A stretch of DNA of 48,199 nucleotides from a virus (Duplodnaviria > Caudoviricetes): positions 1-48,199 of the IMG/VR virus record IMGVR_UViG_3300033487_000010; one strand, written 5' to 3'. Below, one piece after another: positions 16,277 to 25,918 of this stretch; the first letter of the stretch is position 1, and each line of letters begins with the position of its first letter. The notes under the pieces were generated by a model that saw only the letters and a program-made list of their open reading frames with translations, did no database searches and was not told where the DNA came from. A program made the translations under genes and the position numbers.

Positions 16277-18238
16277 TCATCGTTGATTCTCTCCTGCGAA
16301 CATGTCGGCAATCGTCCGTGGCCGTTCTAGCCTCTGTTGGTTTAGCATGCTCGGCGCGATGATGCCTGGGTTGAATGCTTGCGGTGACGCTGAGATTTGG
16401 GATGGGGTCATGCCAAGCCCGCTCCGAAGTGCCATGGGAGCCTCAGAGATTGCTCCTGACATCCCTCGACCTGCGCTCAAAGTCCGCGGATAAGCCGCAA
16501 TGGCCGTGGGGACTCCGAGCATAGCCGCGATGGATCCAGGAACCCCAGCAATCTGGTGACCAAGGTACATCGCACCGAGCCCTGCCGTGCTACCCGCTGC
16601 GATCTTTCTGAGAGAAACCTTTTGCTCGGCAAACCGTTCCGCTGCATCCCGGACAACCGGCGAGAGCTTGGCATAGTCGCTATAGCGCTTGTTTCCATCC
16701 GCCAGCCTGCGCGGCACGTCCTCGACGTAGTCTTGTAGATTTTCGTATCGCTGCGCCCATCGGTTTGGGTAGTCTTGAAGATTGGCAAGCTTCGGCGTGC
16801 TCGGCTGGTCTCGCATGGTGAGGCCCATCGGCGTCCACTGCTGCCCAGCCGCTAGCGTGTAGGCGTGCTGAGGATTGCGCCGATAAATAGACGCGATTTC
16901 ATCATTCACCGTCCGACGAAGCTCGCCGCCAACCATCCTCGCCAATTCCTTGCTCTCCGGTGGAGAATCGAAATTCACGACTCCAGCCCACCCCTTGTTT
17001 TGGATTTCCCTTGCATTTTCCAACAGGTTCTGAAGTGGCATCCTGTCGCCGAATCCAGCGCGATCAGCTCTGTTCTTGAGGAGATCGATGTATTTGTTTA
17101 TGATTTCTTCGTGCCCAGTGCCTCTCTGTGTGCTCTTTACCAGCCCCTTGAGGCGAGACTCGATGGCAGACAGACTAACTGCAGAATTCGGCTCAGCCGC
17201 CAACGCGTGCTCATAGATCGGTGCTAGCTCCTTGTCCCAGACCTGCTGCTGACGTGAGTCTATCCGCGCCTCCATGTTCTTCCGGTCGAGCAAGTCTGGC
17301 TGCAACTCCTCGCGCTCGATGAAATCGCGCATCTCGCGTTCCCCTTCTACCTTCCCTCCACCCTTGGAAAACTGCGAAAGCGCCTTGCCCTGCAGCTTCT
17401 TTGCAGTCTCCTTGAGCGGCTTCATGGCCAGCGACGTCGTTAGCTTGTCGAACCCTTTCTTCGCGGATCCGGCAACGGCTGGGACTTGCCCCAGCGCCAG
17501 GTTGACGGTGGCGCCCTCAGCGGCAGACGCGGCGATTTCCTCTGGGGTTCCACCTCGAAGCGCCGTGTCGGTTGCGCTGTATAGAGCGCCCGTAGACGAT
17601 GCCTCTGCCGCCTTCTGTAGCGCTGGCCTGACAGCGGTCTGCGCTTGCTTCGCGCCAAACATCGTGGCCAGCTTGGCAGGCCCCTGCGCGATGGTTTGTC
17701 CTGCCCTGGACAGTGGCCCGCCGATGGTAGCGCCCTCGACGCCCATGGACGCTACAGACGCCAACGCAGCTGGTGACGGTGCGATATCCTCTGGCCTTCT
17801 GAACTTCCCAGGCTCTGGAATTGGCTGCGCATACGGTTCATTCGGCAGTCCAGCCGCCTGAATCGCGCGGTTAGGCAATCCAGCGAACGCGCCTCGGCTG
17901 AACCTGCTGCTTAGCTCGCTGTATGCCTCTGGCACGGCCTCGCCGAAGAACGTCTTTAGCCCACCAGGAGCGGGCAACATGCCGGCTTCTATCTTACGCT
18001 TCACCTCCGGTGGAGCCGCAGCTAGGTTGGCTTCCTGTTGGCGCGCGAGTTCCTGCGAGCTAAGCGGTTGGGGCGCCTGTGCCTGCTGCTTGGCGAGTAG
18101 CTGACGGTTGTATTCCGCGGCTTGATGTGCCTTCTCCAGCACATCGAAGTCGAGATCGTCCGCGACGACGGGAGTCTTGCCACCCTTCGAACGCCTTGCA
18201 TATTCCTTCTCCAAAGCGTCGAAATCAAGGTCGCTCAC
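16277..18238 (-). CDS. Putative internal virion/ejection protein
   Basis: 653 aa, A/G/Q-rich helical; position after nozzle; N-terminal DLDFDxLEK repeat. Confidence 0.6.
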   Translation of the reverse strand: MSDLDFDALEKEYARRSKGGKTPVVADDLDFDVLEKAHQAAEYNRQLLAKQQAQAPQPLSSQELARQQEANLAAAPPEVKRKIEAGMLPAPGGLKTFFGEAVPEAYSELSSRFSRGAFAGLPNRAIQAAGLPNEPYAQPIPEPGKFRRPEDIAPSPAALASVASMGVEGATIGGPLSRAGQTIAQGPAKLATMFGAKQAQTAVRPALQKAAEASSTGALYSATDTALRGGTPEEIAASAAEGATVNLALGQVPAVAGSAKKGFDKLTTSLAMKPLKETAKKLQGKALSQFSKGGGKVEGEREMRDFIEREELQPDLLDRKNMEARIDSRQQQVWDKELAPIYEHALAAEPNSAVSLSAIESRLKGLVKSTQRGTGHEEIINKYIDLLKNRADRAGFGDRMPLQNLLENAREIQNKGWAGVVNFDSPPESKELARMVGGELRRTVNDEIASIYRRNPQHAYTLAAGQQWTPMGLTMRDQPSTPKLANLQDYPNRWAQRYENLQDYVEDVPRRLADGNKRYSDYAKLSPVVRDAAERFAEQKVSLRKIAAGSTAGLGAMYLGHQIAGVPGSIAAMLGVPTAIAAYPRTLSAGRGMSGAISEAPMALRSGLGMTPSQISASPQAFNPGIIAPSMLNQQRLERPRTIADMFAGENQR

Positions 18239-19758
18239 TGGCCACCCCCCATCAGCTTCTTGACCTGCTCATGGATTCTCGCCGCCTCTTTCAAGTTGCC
18301 GGCAGCCTTGGCCGCCTTCCCCTTGGCGATGAGATCTGGCACGGTCTCAATCTGCGTGCGAGCCTGTGCTGTGGTTGGCCCCCTGGTCGATGGCTGAGCG
18401 CCTCCCATGCTGGCCCGCCTAGCTTCGTTGCTTGCCGCTGTTGATCCAGGTGTCTTTGACGTCGACTCGATGGCGGCTGCCTTATTCTTGAATTGGTCGG
18501 AGAACCATTGAGCCGATGCGGACATCTCGTCCGGCGTCGACGTGAGCAGATTGCTATGCGCGACGGCGGCCTTCTGCGACGATTCGCCGAGTGGTCCAAC
18601 TGGATCGAAAAATCGCGCGATGCCGGTTCTTACGATTGGCTGTAAAGTGTTCATTCTGCGAGCGGCGGTCGCTAGAGCCTTGTCATCTCCGGCCATCTTA
18701 GCGATTCTCTGGTCTAGTGTGGACGGCTGGACTCCAGCCCACTGGAGCAGCTTCTGTGCCTTGGCAAGACCGGTTCCTTCCAATTTTTCGGACTCGATCT
18801 GCTCCTTGTTCGCGTCGCGCAGAATCTCGGCAGCCTTCGGGTTCTTCTTGATCAAGTCTCGATATTCATCGAGGAATCCAGCTTGCTGTCGGTAGGACTC
18901 GGCGCCCTCGGCAGCGCTAGGGGAAAGCCCAGACTGCTGCCCAGACTGGTTGATCGCCTGAGTCGTCGAGGTGTGCCCGCCCTGCACATCGACCTTTGCG
19001 GCAACAGCCTCGGACGACTTAATCCCAGCCTGCGCGGCGGCCTGCTGGATTGTCGCCACCTTGGCGGCCATCTCGGCAGTGAGCTTTCCGGCCATGCCGC
19101 TTTTAGCGGCTAGCTCGGTGCGCTTGGCGACGATGTTCCACAGAGCCGCACGGTTTGTGTCCAGGTCGGAGAGTTCCTCGGCGCGATTCCTCAGAGCATC
19201 GGACATGTACCCGCGGGCAAGTTCGGCCTGCTTGAAGAGACGCTCGGATCGCTGCTGTTTGCTCTTCAGGTCCTTCTCGATCTCGTCGTTGACCATGGCG
19301 AGGACTCTGTTGTCTCCGGCACCAAGCGAGCCAAGCCCGATCAGGATTCGAGTCATCGTCTTGTCGAGCGACGTCTTATTGTCCCAGAATCCACCCGGAT
19401 CTTTCATCGCCTCGTTGATGCGCTGCCGTTGCATGTCCTGAGCCTCAGCGATCCTCGTCGAATGCTCCTGGCGAATTCGCTCACGCTCGACGGCATACTG
19501 CTCGTCTTGCATCGCCTGGCCGCGCATGATGTCGGCTTGCTGGCGTGCGATGTCAGCTTCTCGAACGGCTAGCGCCTTCTCGGCGTCTGCCTGCTGCTGG
19601 AAGGCCGCTTGCTCGGCATTGACGAACCCCTGGCGCTCCGGCGTGTTCTGGACTTGGCTGGTGTTGACTTGCGGGCTGTATGTCGTCGTGCTGTCCGAGA
19701 AGGGCAGCCCGGTGGCCCGGTTCAAGGCGCCTTGCTGTTGTTCGTCACCGGGTGGCAT
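18235..19758 (-). CDS. Putative internal virion/ejection protein
   Basis: 507 aa, A/Q-rich coiled coil. Confidence 0.6.
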   Translation of the reverse strand: MPPGDEQQQGALNRATGLPFSDSTTTYSPQVNTSQVQNTPERQGFVNAEQAAFQQQADAEKALAVREADIARQQADIMRGQAMQDEQYAVERERIRQEHSTRIAEAQDMQRQRINEAMKDPGGFWDNKTSLDKTMTRILIGLGSLGAGDNRVLAMVNDEIEKDLKSKQQRSERLFKQAELARGYMSDALRNRAEELSDLDTNRAALWNIVAKRTELAAKSGMAGKLTAEMAAKVATIQQAAAQAGIKSSEAVAAKVDVQGGHTSTTQAINQSGQQSGLSPSAAEGAESYRQQAGFLDEYRDLIKKNPKAAEILRDANKEQIESEKLEGTGLAKAQKLLQWAGVQPSTLDQRIAKMAGDDKALATAARRMNTLQPIVRTGIARFFDPVGPLGESSQKAAVAHSNLLTSTPDEMSASAQWFSDQFKNKAAAIESTSKTPGSTAASNEARRASMGGAQPSTRGPTTAQARTQIETVPDLIAKGKAAKAAGNLKEAARIHEQVKKLMGGGQ

Positions 19759-19767
19759 GATGACCTC

Positions 19768-20859
19768 CTAGAACAAGCCGCCAAGTCCGCCGAGGCCCAT
19801 GGAGCCAACCATGCTCCCCATGTTGGAAATTAGCCCCTTGTTATTCTTGCGCATGTAGTCTTCGTATTCCTTCTGGCCTCCATAAAGCGTGCTATACACG
19901 TCGGTCTGCCCCTGCATGGCTCTGCTGGTTATATCATACGATGCCTGTTTGCGCTGCAAATCTAGTGCATTAGCTTGCTGTTGAGCATTCAGGTTAGCCA
20001 ATGACAGCGCCTGATTACCGGCGTTGGACTGAGCCGCGTAGTTGAGAGCAGCTTGGTTTGCGGCTCCTGCATTGGTAAGTCCCGCTTGCTGCAGAGCCTG
20101 CATGTTCGCAAGGCCCATCTGGTTGCCGAACCCAAGGTTGGCAAGCGCCATCTGCTGCTGATTGCCAGCGTTGAACTGGCCAGCCTGCTGTGCGAGCTGG
20201 GCATTCTGCGCGGCGGCTCCGATGTCCTGCGCCCTTGCACCTGACAGCACGTTGCCGAGCGCGCCCTGCGCCTGCGCAATTTCCTGCGCTCGGAGGCCGG
20301 CCGCTTGGCTTCCCGCCTGCTGCTGGATTTGAGCTTGATTGTTCTGCGCGTTCCGCATGGCCGCGAGCCTAGCTGCACCATGGGCCGCCTGAGCGGCGCT
20401 CGCCTGGCCGGCGATGTTGGCGGCCGTCGACTGACGAAGCTGCTCCTGTGCAACCGAAGGACCTTGACCAGCCGCCGTGCCCTGCAGGCTGCTGATAAGC
20501 TGGCCTTGGTTTTGTCGCATCTGGTTGGCTTGGGCCATGTCGAGTTGCGAGCCGAATGCCGTAGACGCTTGCCCCCCCATCGCCTGCCCTTGCGCGGCTT
20601 GCATCTGTGTGACGGGCGCCTGCCTCCAGTTGAGGGCCGCCGCCTGAGGTGTGTCATAGGGATTCGCTAGACTCCAGTTTCTGGCAGATTCGCGCGGATC
20701 AGTAACAGACATCATCTGCGCGTTGTACATCATAGCTTGGTCGCGAAGTTCTCTCGCTTCACGCGTATTGTTAGGACCGAACTCGGTGCCACCACCGAAA
20801 AGCATTGATGTAAAGCCAGAACCTTGACCGGTTCCAAAAATATCGCTACTTGAGCCCAT
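19768..20859 (-). CDS. Putative DNA pilot/ejection protein
   Basis: Q/A/G/N-rich (GQGPSVAQEQLRQ, AQQAGQFNAGNQQQMALAN); AAGGAG RBS before ATG 20859. Confidence 0.65.
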   Translation of the reverse strand: MGSSSDIFGTGQGSGFTSMLFGGGTEFGPNNTREARELRDQAMMYNAQMMSVTDPRESARNWSLANPYDTPQAAALNWRQAPVTQMQAAQGQAMGGQASTAFGSQLDMAQANQMRQNQGQLISSLQGTAAGQGPSVAQEQLRQSTAANIAGQASAAQAAHGAARLAAMRNAQNNQAQIQQQAGSQAAGLRAQEIAQAQGALGNVLSGARAQDIGAAAQNAQLAQQAGQFNAGNQQQMALANLGFGNQMGLANMQALQQAGLTNAGAANQAALNYAAQSNAGNQALSLANLNAQQQANALDLQRKQASYDITSRAMQGQTDVYSTLYGGQKEYEDYMRKNNKGLISNMGSMVGSMGLGGLGGLF

Positions 20860-20860
20860 G

Positions 20861-23800
20861 TCACGTACTCCTTGCCGCGCGGTTCGCGCTGCCAAGTCTT
20901 CCGAGTCCGCCCTTGGACGCAACCGAAATCCCGATCGCGTCCAGGGTGATGCCAGCCGTTGCCGTTGCCGCGTTCTCTCCGATCCAAATGGTCATGCGGG
21001 CGCATTGCCCGTACTGCGGCTTGGCGATGACGTGCTTCTTGGGGCCAGCCATCAAGGTCGCATTTTCTGTCAGGCCAAAGTCGTCATTGGTGAACGCAAG
21101 CTTTAGGGTGGTCCCGCTAACTACGTCGCAAGTCAGCTCGGTTGCCCAGATACGAGACCAGCCGTTAGGGCCAGTCGGAGAGATGAGCGACAGCTTTACC
21201 CATTCCTGATAGGACGTCCCGTAATCGGTCAAGCCGCTGTCCGACTGGTAGACGTTCCCGTTGCTCTGCAGCTGATACATCACCCCAACCGCCGTAGCCC
21301 ATGCCCAGACGTTCGTGGGATGCGCCCAGCGGAACCATTGCCCTGCACGATTCGGTGGCGCTGGCAAGGTGAGGTCATGCACGAGGACGAGACTCGTCGT
21401 CGAGAATCTGATCTGGTCGCCGCCTGGCGTATACGTAGCGGCCGTCCATGCGTAGGAGCCTGGGACATCGTCAGTAACCTGAGCGCCGGTCCACGAAAAG
21501 GCCAGGCCGCGATCGAGCATGTAGACACCGTGACTCGTCGGCAGCGCGATCCCAGTCGGGACACGCGCGCAGGCTCGCTGGCAGAGCGGCCCGAACTGGG
21601 TACCGATCACCATAGGGGAATCGTAGACGGGCGTTCCGGTTAGCTCAGGGCCAACACCGACCAGCGGAGCGATGGCAACAGCACTGCAGATCGCCAGCTT
21701 GTCGTCCAGGCTGAGCAGCGCCGTTAGCAAGCCTGGGATGTGGCCCGTGTCGACGGTAAACTCTGCCGCGAACGCAAGCCCCTCACCCTCGGTGGCAAAC
21801 GCCGTGAAAAACACGCGGTTGTCGATGGTGCCGACGAACGCCCTGCCCTGGTGTACCTGCACAAGGTTGCACCCGATCGGCGGCCACATCTCGACGGTGT
21901 TCCCCGTCGTGTAGAGCTGAGCGTTTGCCACGAGATCGACATCCGTCAGACGATCGTACAGAACGGCATCTGCTGCGTTGGGCACGTTCGCGATATGCCC
22001 AACCTTGTAGAATGTCGTGCCAGCCACCTCGGTTCGATATACCTCGATGACGGCCGGGTGAATGAGCGCGTCCAGGTTCGTCACCGGAGAACGCTCGGTG
22101 ACGGTTGTCATCGGGATGGTGACGGCGTTTGTCCTGCCGGACGCGTTCGTGTGGCTGACCGACGGGCAGATCTGCGACCGTTGCGTTCTCCCCTTGCTAT
22201 CGGTCCATGCGAGGCAAGCTCGGTAAAGGCGCGTTCCAGTCTCGATGACGGCGAAGGGAGCCGAGATTGCCACCGGCGTAGTCCCACCGATTGCCAGTTG
22301 GAAAGCCGCCGTTTCCCCGGCGGTTGGGTCATCGCTGCCAGCATCGATCAGAACCTCAAGCCTGTCCGCTGCAGTCGCACCGGAAAGCGATTTTACCGCC
22401 ACGGACCACGTCACCTGCTGCCAGTTTTCATCAAGGGCGACGTCGGCCACATCGCCATTTTGCCAAGCTAGATTTGTGTCCGATGTGCGAAGCTTGTAGT
22501 CTGCCGAGCTAGATCCGCGCTCAAGCACATAAGAATGCCCACCCACGGGATTCAAAATGCGCACCCAAACGTTGATAGTGACGGTCCCAGCGGGCCACGG
22601 CGTATACCCTGGATATCCTATGGCCGTAGTGAGGGGGATGGTAGCTTCTCCAGCAGAAAACGGCACTGAGATGAGACTCGATGCGAGCACTGGATTTCCT
22701 GTGTTGTCTCCAATCACTGTGGCGAATGGAACCAGATCACCGATAATTATAGAGTCTGCGTTGACGGTCGCGCCGAATGTATTCCCAATCGACGATTCGG
22801 ATGGTGACACCGTCTCAGGGCCAAGTGGAAATGCAGCCTCTGTGACGTGCTGGCCGTCGTAACTCTTGAGGCAACCGCCTGGGAGCAGCAGCGACCCGGC
22901 AATCTCAGCCGGCTGGGAGCACGCCGTCGACGTGTCTGCATACCCGATCTTAGCAACCTTGAGCAAGACGGTGCCAGGGCCGCCTGGGCTGATAGGCTCG
23001 TTGAGGATGCCGAGCGCCAGTGCGTTGTAGTCGAGTCTCGGCAGGAGCGTGCTGCATCCGTTCCCGGCGTAGTCGCCCGCGCAGAGATGGGCACCGATGG
23101 AAGTCCACACCGGCAGCCCGGCGGCGACGCCAAGCCGCAAGATGAACGCGCTTGCCTGCCAATCCGAAACGTGAGCGATGCCAACCGCGACCTCGCCCGT
23201 CTCTGCCGTGCTCAACTGGGTGGCGTGGCATAGCAACCCGGCATTCTTTGCAACCAGGGTGGGACCAGCGCTAAATCCCCAAAGCCAAACAGCCCTAGAC
23301 CAGCTTCCCGTGTACACACTGACATCAAAGAAAAACTCCGGGGTGGTACCCACAACGGTTGCGGTGATTCCTCGGCAATATGGCTTGTCGAGCGGCGCGG
23401 AACCAGTGCACGTCCATTGCGATGGCTCGACGCTCCCGGTGGCGCTTACGGCCATCGTGCTCAGCGTTAGAGTACCGTAGTAGATGGTGCCGTAGTACAT
23501 GCCAACGATAGATGCCGTCGTCGCGCTAGCCTTGTAGGCAATCGCAGGTACAATGGCAACCGACGGCAACGACGCCTCAACCGTCGATGCAACCGACAGC
23601 GTGAATGCATTAGGTCCGCCACGCTCAAGCTTTCGGACAACGAAATTCCCGCCGCCCGTCTGCTGGTAGGCGATGAGCCACGTGTTGGCCGCGGTCCTAC
23701 GCACAGCGTACGGGGCAGCCTGCACGCCTGCCGCCTGCAGGCCATAGATCGGACGCTCCCCGATGATGTAGAGATCATCGATCATTGCCGACCATGTGAC

Positions 23801-24436
23801 TCCTCGGTGGTCAGCGTCCCACTCGCCGACGCGAAGGTTGTTGGTCCCGCGTTCGGCGGCGAACGCGATGAATCTCGGCGTTGCTTCGCCAGTGTCGCTT
23901 GCGATTACTCCGTAGTATCCAGCTGGCAATGTTGTCTTAGCTTGCAGGCACGATCCGCTAGTCCCGTCGACAAGCATCCACCCTGACTCAGAATCGTCGT
24001 TAGCTTCGACGCCGCCGCTTGTCAGGATGAGCACATAGCGCCCGATGACGGCAGAGTCTACCTGCAAGAGCGAATCCGTCCCGTCACAAACGGCGTTGGT
24101 GGCCGATGCCGACCAGATGCGCGCCGATTCGTACGCCCTGCGACCGCGCGCCGCCCAGGCTGCAGACGTAGCGTCGCGTCCGTACACCTTGTCGCGAGTC
24201 GCGAGCACGAGTTCGTCGCCAAGGGCGGAAAGCTCCCGCCCGCCCGTCACAGTCGCGCCATCAGCATCGAGCATGGCCAAGGCGGTCAGGCCAGGCCGTT
24301 TCTTGATCCGCCCGTCCTTGTCCATCGACCAGTTACTACCGTCGATGATCGTTCCAGCCACGGCTGTGCGCGGATTAGCCTTTTCGTCGAGGCCTAGGAG
24401 CCTGACATCGAGGTTCGTGGGCTGGCCGGCCGCCAT
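20861..24436 (-). CDS. Tail nozzle / tail tubular protein B-like
   Basis: 1191 aa, beta-rich; N-terminal GLDEK...N...DGRIKKRPG signature; follows adaptor gene. Confidence 0.7.
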   Translation of the reverse strand: MAAGQPTNLDVRLLGLDEKANPRTAVAGTIIDGSNWSMDKDGRIKKRPGLTALAMLDADGATVTGGRELSALGDELVLATRDKVYGRDATSAAWAARGRRAYESARIWSASATNAVCDGTDSLLQVDSAVIGRYVLILTSGGVEANDDSESGWMLVDGTSGSCLQAKTTLPAGYYGVIASDTGEATPRFIAFAAERGTNNLRVGEWDADHRGVTWSAMIDDLYIIGERPIYGLQAAGVQAAPYAVRRTAANTWLIAYQQTGGGNFVVRKLERGGPNAFTLSVASTVEASLPSVAIVPAIAYKASATTASIVGMYYGTIYYGTLTLSTMAVSATGSVEPSQWTCTGSAPLDKPYCRGITATVVGTTPEFFFDVSVYTGSWSRAVWLWGFSAGPTLVAKNAGLLCHATQLSTAETGEVAVGIAHVSDWQASAFILRLGVAAGLPVWTSIGAHLCAGDYAGNGCSTLLPRLDYNALALGILNEPISPGGPGTVLLKVAKIGYADTSTACSQPAEIAGSLLLPGGCLKSYDGQHVTEAAFPLGPETVSPSESSIGNTFGATVNADSIIIGDLVPFATVIGDNTGNPVLASSLISVPFSAGEATIPLTTAIGYPGYTPWPAGTVTINVWVRILNPVGGHSYVLERGSSSADYKLRTSDTNLAWQNGDVADVALDENWQQVTWSVAVKSLSGATAADRLEVLIDAGSDDPTAGETAAFQLAIGGTTPVAISAPFAVIETGTRLYRACLAWTDSKGRTQRSQICPSVSHTNASGRTNAVTIPMTTVTERSPVTNLDALIHPAVIEVYRTEVAGTTFYKVGHIANVPNAADAVLYDRLTDVDLVANAQLYTTGNTVEMWPPIGCNLVQVHQGRAFVGTIDNRVFFTAFATEGEGLAFAAEFTVDTGHIPGLLTALLSLDDKLAICSAVAIAPLVGVGPELTGTPVYDSPMVIGTQFGPLCQRACARVPTGIALPTSHGVYMLDRGLAFSWTGAQVTDDVPGSYAWTAATYTPGGDQIRFSTTSLVLVHDLTLPAPPNRAGQWFRWAHPTNVWAWATAVGVMYQLQSNGNVYQSDSGLTDYGTSYQEWVKLSLISPTGPNGWSRIWATELTCDVVSGTTLKLAFTNDDFGLTENATLMAGPKKHVIAKPQYGQCARMTIWIGENAATATAGITLDAIGISVASKGGLGRLGSANRAARST

Positions 24437-25129
24437 CTACCAAAGCTCCGGGCCGACTTCTTCCATGACGTCGGCGATGATGATCTGATCTCCGTGTGCA
24501 GATGTCAGGGTTGCCGTCACCTCAGATCGTGCTTGCTTCTGAAGCGCGTAGTGCAGATCGGGCGAATCGTCAAGCTTTTGCCGCATCTTGGCGGCCACGC
24601 CCTGCTTGATGTATTCGTCGCTGCCCTCTGGGATGCTGATAGCCGTCGCCAGCGTCGCCGTGGTGACGACTGGAGCCGAGTACAGATACCAGACGCGAAA
24701 CTGGTAGGTGCCAGCCTGGTCAATCGGCTGGAGCCAGAGCGTGTCTCCGATGAACCGATACGACAGCAAGCCGACGTGATCGCGCGTGACGAAGTTGTAG
24801 AGCTTGAGCTTGCGCCAGTTGTTGGTACTGGTCGCTACGTCAACGCCACGCGGGCTAGCCCAGTCCGTGAGCGCTGCCCCGGCCGGTGCGGCTGCCGTCA
24901 TCGACATGGTGTAGGCGCCCGCTGGCATCGTGAGCGCGGGGGTAACCTTGGTGAACGCGTCGCGGTTCACTCGCTTTCCCCACTGCCAGAGCGTGGTCAG
25001 CTCGTTGTTGATCCAAGCGACGAGCGTCGGGTATCCATCGCCGGAGCTTCCGAACAGCCCATAGCCTTCCTGGTCGGTCAGCTTGAGACAATCATCGATG
25101 ATGGCTTGTGGGGTTACGCTTTGAAACAT
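24437..25129 (-). CDS. Head-tail adaptor / tail tubular protein A-like
   Basis: 230 aa; AWINNE, YRFIGDTLWLQP, RVWY motifs; position after capsid genes. Confidence 0.7.
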   Translation of the reverse strand: MFQSVTPQAIIDDCLKLTDQEGYGLFGSSGDGYPTLVAWINNELTTLWQWGKRVNRDAFTKVTPALTMPAGAYTMSMTAAAPAGAALTDWASPRGVDVATSTNNWRKLKLYNFVTRDHVGLLSYRFIGDTLWLQPIDQAGTYQFRVWYLYSAPVVTTATLATAISIPEGSDEYIKQGVAAKMRQKLDDSPDLHYALQKQARSEVTATLTSAHGDQIIIADVMEEVGPELW

Positions 25130-25133
25130 GGGG

Positions 25134-25168
25134 AAAGGCCGGGCGATTTGTTGGACCGCCCGGCCCCT
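25134..25168 (-). terminator. Hairpin (terminator/attenuator) after head genes
   Basis: GGCCGGGCG-11 nt-CGCCCGGCC followed by only TTT. Confidence 0.5.
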
Positions 25169-25171
25169 TGG

Positions 25172-25399
25172 TTACTTCTTTGCGGGACCTCCGATCAGGA
25201 TGGCGGCAAGTGGTTTCTTCTCCTTGCCTTCGTCCTTCTCTTCGCCTTCCTCACCCTCTTCGCCTTCGAGTTCCTGATCGACGAGGATGTGCAGGTCCTT
25301 GTATGCGTCTGCGGCTTCTCCGTACTTGCCCGACTTGCAGGCATCCCAGAATCGCTCGCAGGCGTCCGCCTTCGCGGCAGAGTCTGCTTCGTCCATCAT
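25172..25399 (-). CDS. Hypothetical acidic protein
   Basis: 75 aa, coupled to upstream gene. Confidence 0.6.
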   Translation of the reverse strand: MMDEADSAAKADACERFWDACKSGKYGEAADAYKDLHILVDQELEGEEGEEGEEKDEGKEKKPLAAILIGGPAKK

Positions 25400-25881
25400 G
25401 GCGTCACCGAGCTGGTCTTCACCGAGAATGCGATGAAGAACTTCCCGCCGCTTTCGATGTCCGTGTCCGTGTGGGTCTCGTCCGTGGTGCTGGTGACATC
25501 ACGGAAGAACTGGATCTCGAAGTACCCAGTCTCCGGGGTGTAGTTTCGGATCGCCCAGTGGATCGCGGAACTCGTGGTCAATGCGTTGTCAGCCTGCGCG
25601 CTGACCACAGCCACGTTGATGTCTTGGAAGCCAAACGGCGCAATCACCGTCGAGCTTGAATAGACGAGGGTTGGGATCGCATACGTCACCCCGTCTTCGG
25701 CAATGAGCTGGATGCGATAGCGCCCAGTCTTGCCCGCCACTTGGACGATCTTGGCCCCAGGGCAATCGTAGGACGAAACAGCTCCAGACGATCCGATCGT
25801 CGCAGAACCGCTCACCCTGACCATCCCACTGCGGGTCATTCCCTTGAGGTGTCTCCACCACCGATTGAAAGGTACGCTCAT
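25396..25881 (-). CDS. Putative head decoration/cement protein
   Basis: 161 aa, beta-rich, directly after major capsid gene. Confidence 0.5.
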   Translation of the reverse strand: MSVPFNRWWRHLKGMTRSGMVRVSGSATIGSSGAVSSYDCPGAKIVQVAGKTGRYRIQLIAEDGVTYAIPTLVYSSSTVIAPFGFQDINVAVVSAQADNALTTSSAIHWAIRNYTPETGYFEIQFFRDVTSTTDETHTDTDIESGGKFFIAFSVKTSSVTP

Positions 25882-25918
25882 GATGTTCCCTTCTTTTTTG
25901 TGCTGTTACTTCTGTTGG

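Noticed and set aside
4328-24439. Three in-frame TAG-ATG junctions (4331/4330, 11251/11250, 24437/24436) suggesting amber recoding
   Set aside because: Each downstream ORF starts with ATG and looks like a separate protein (HNH, propeller, nozzle), and no core gene is fragmented by TAG; simple coupling explains it
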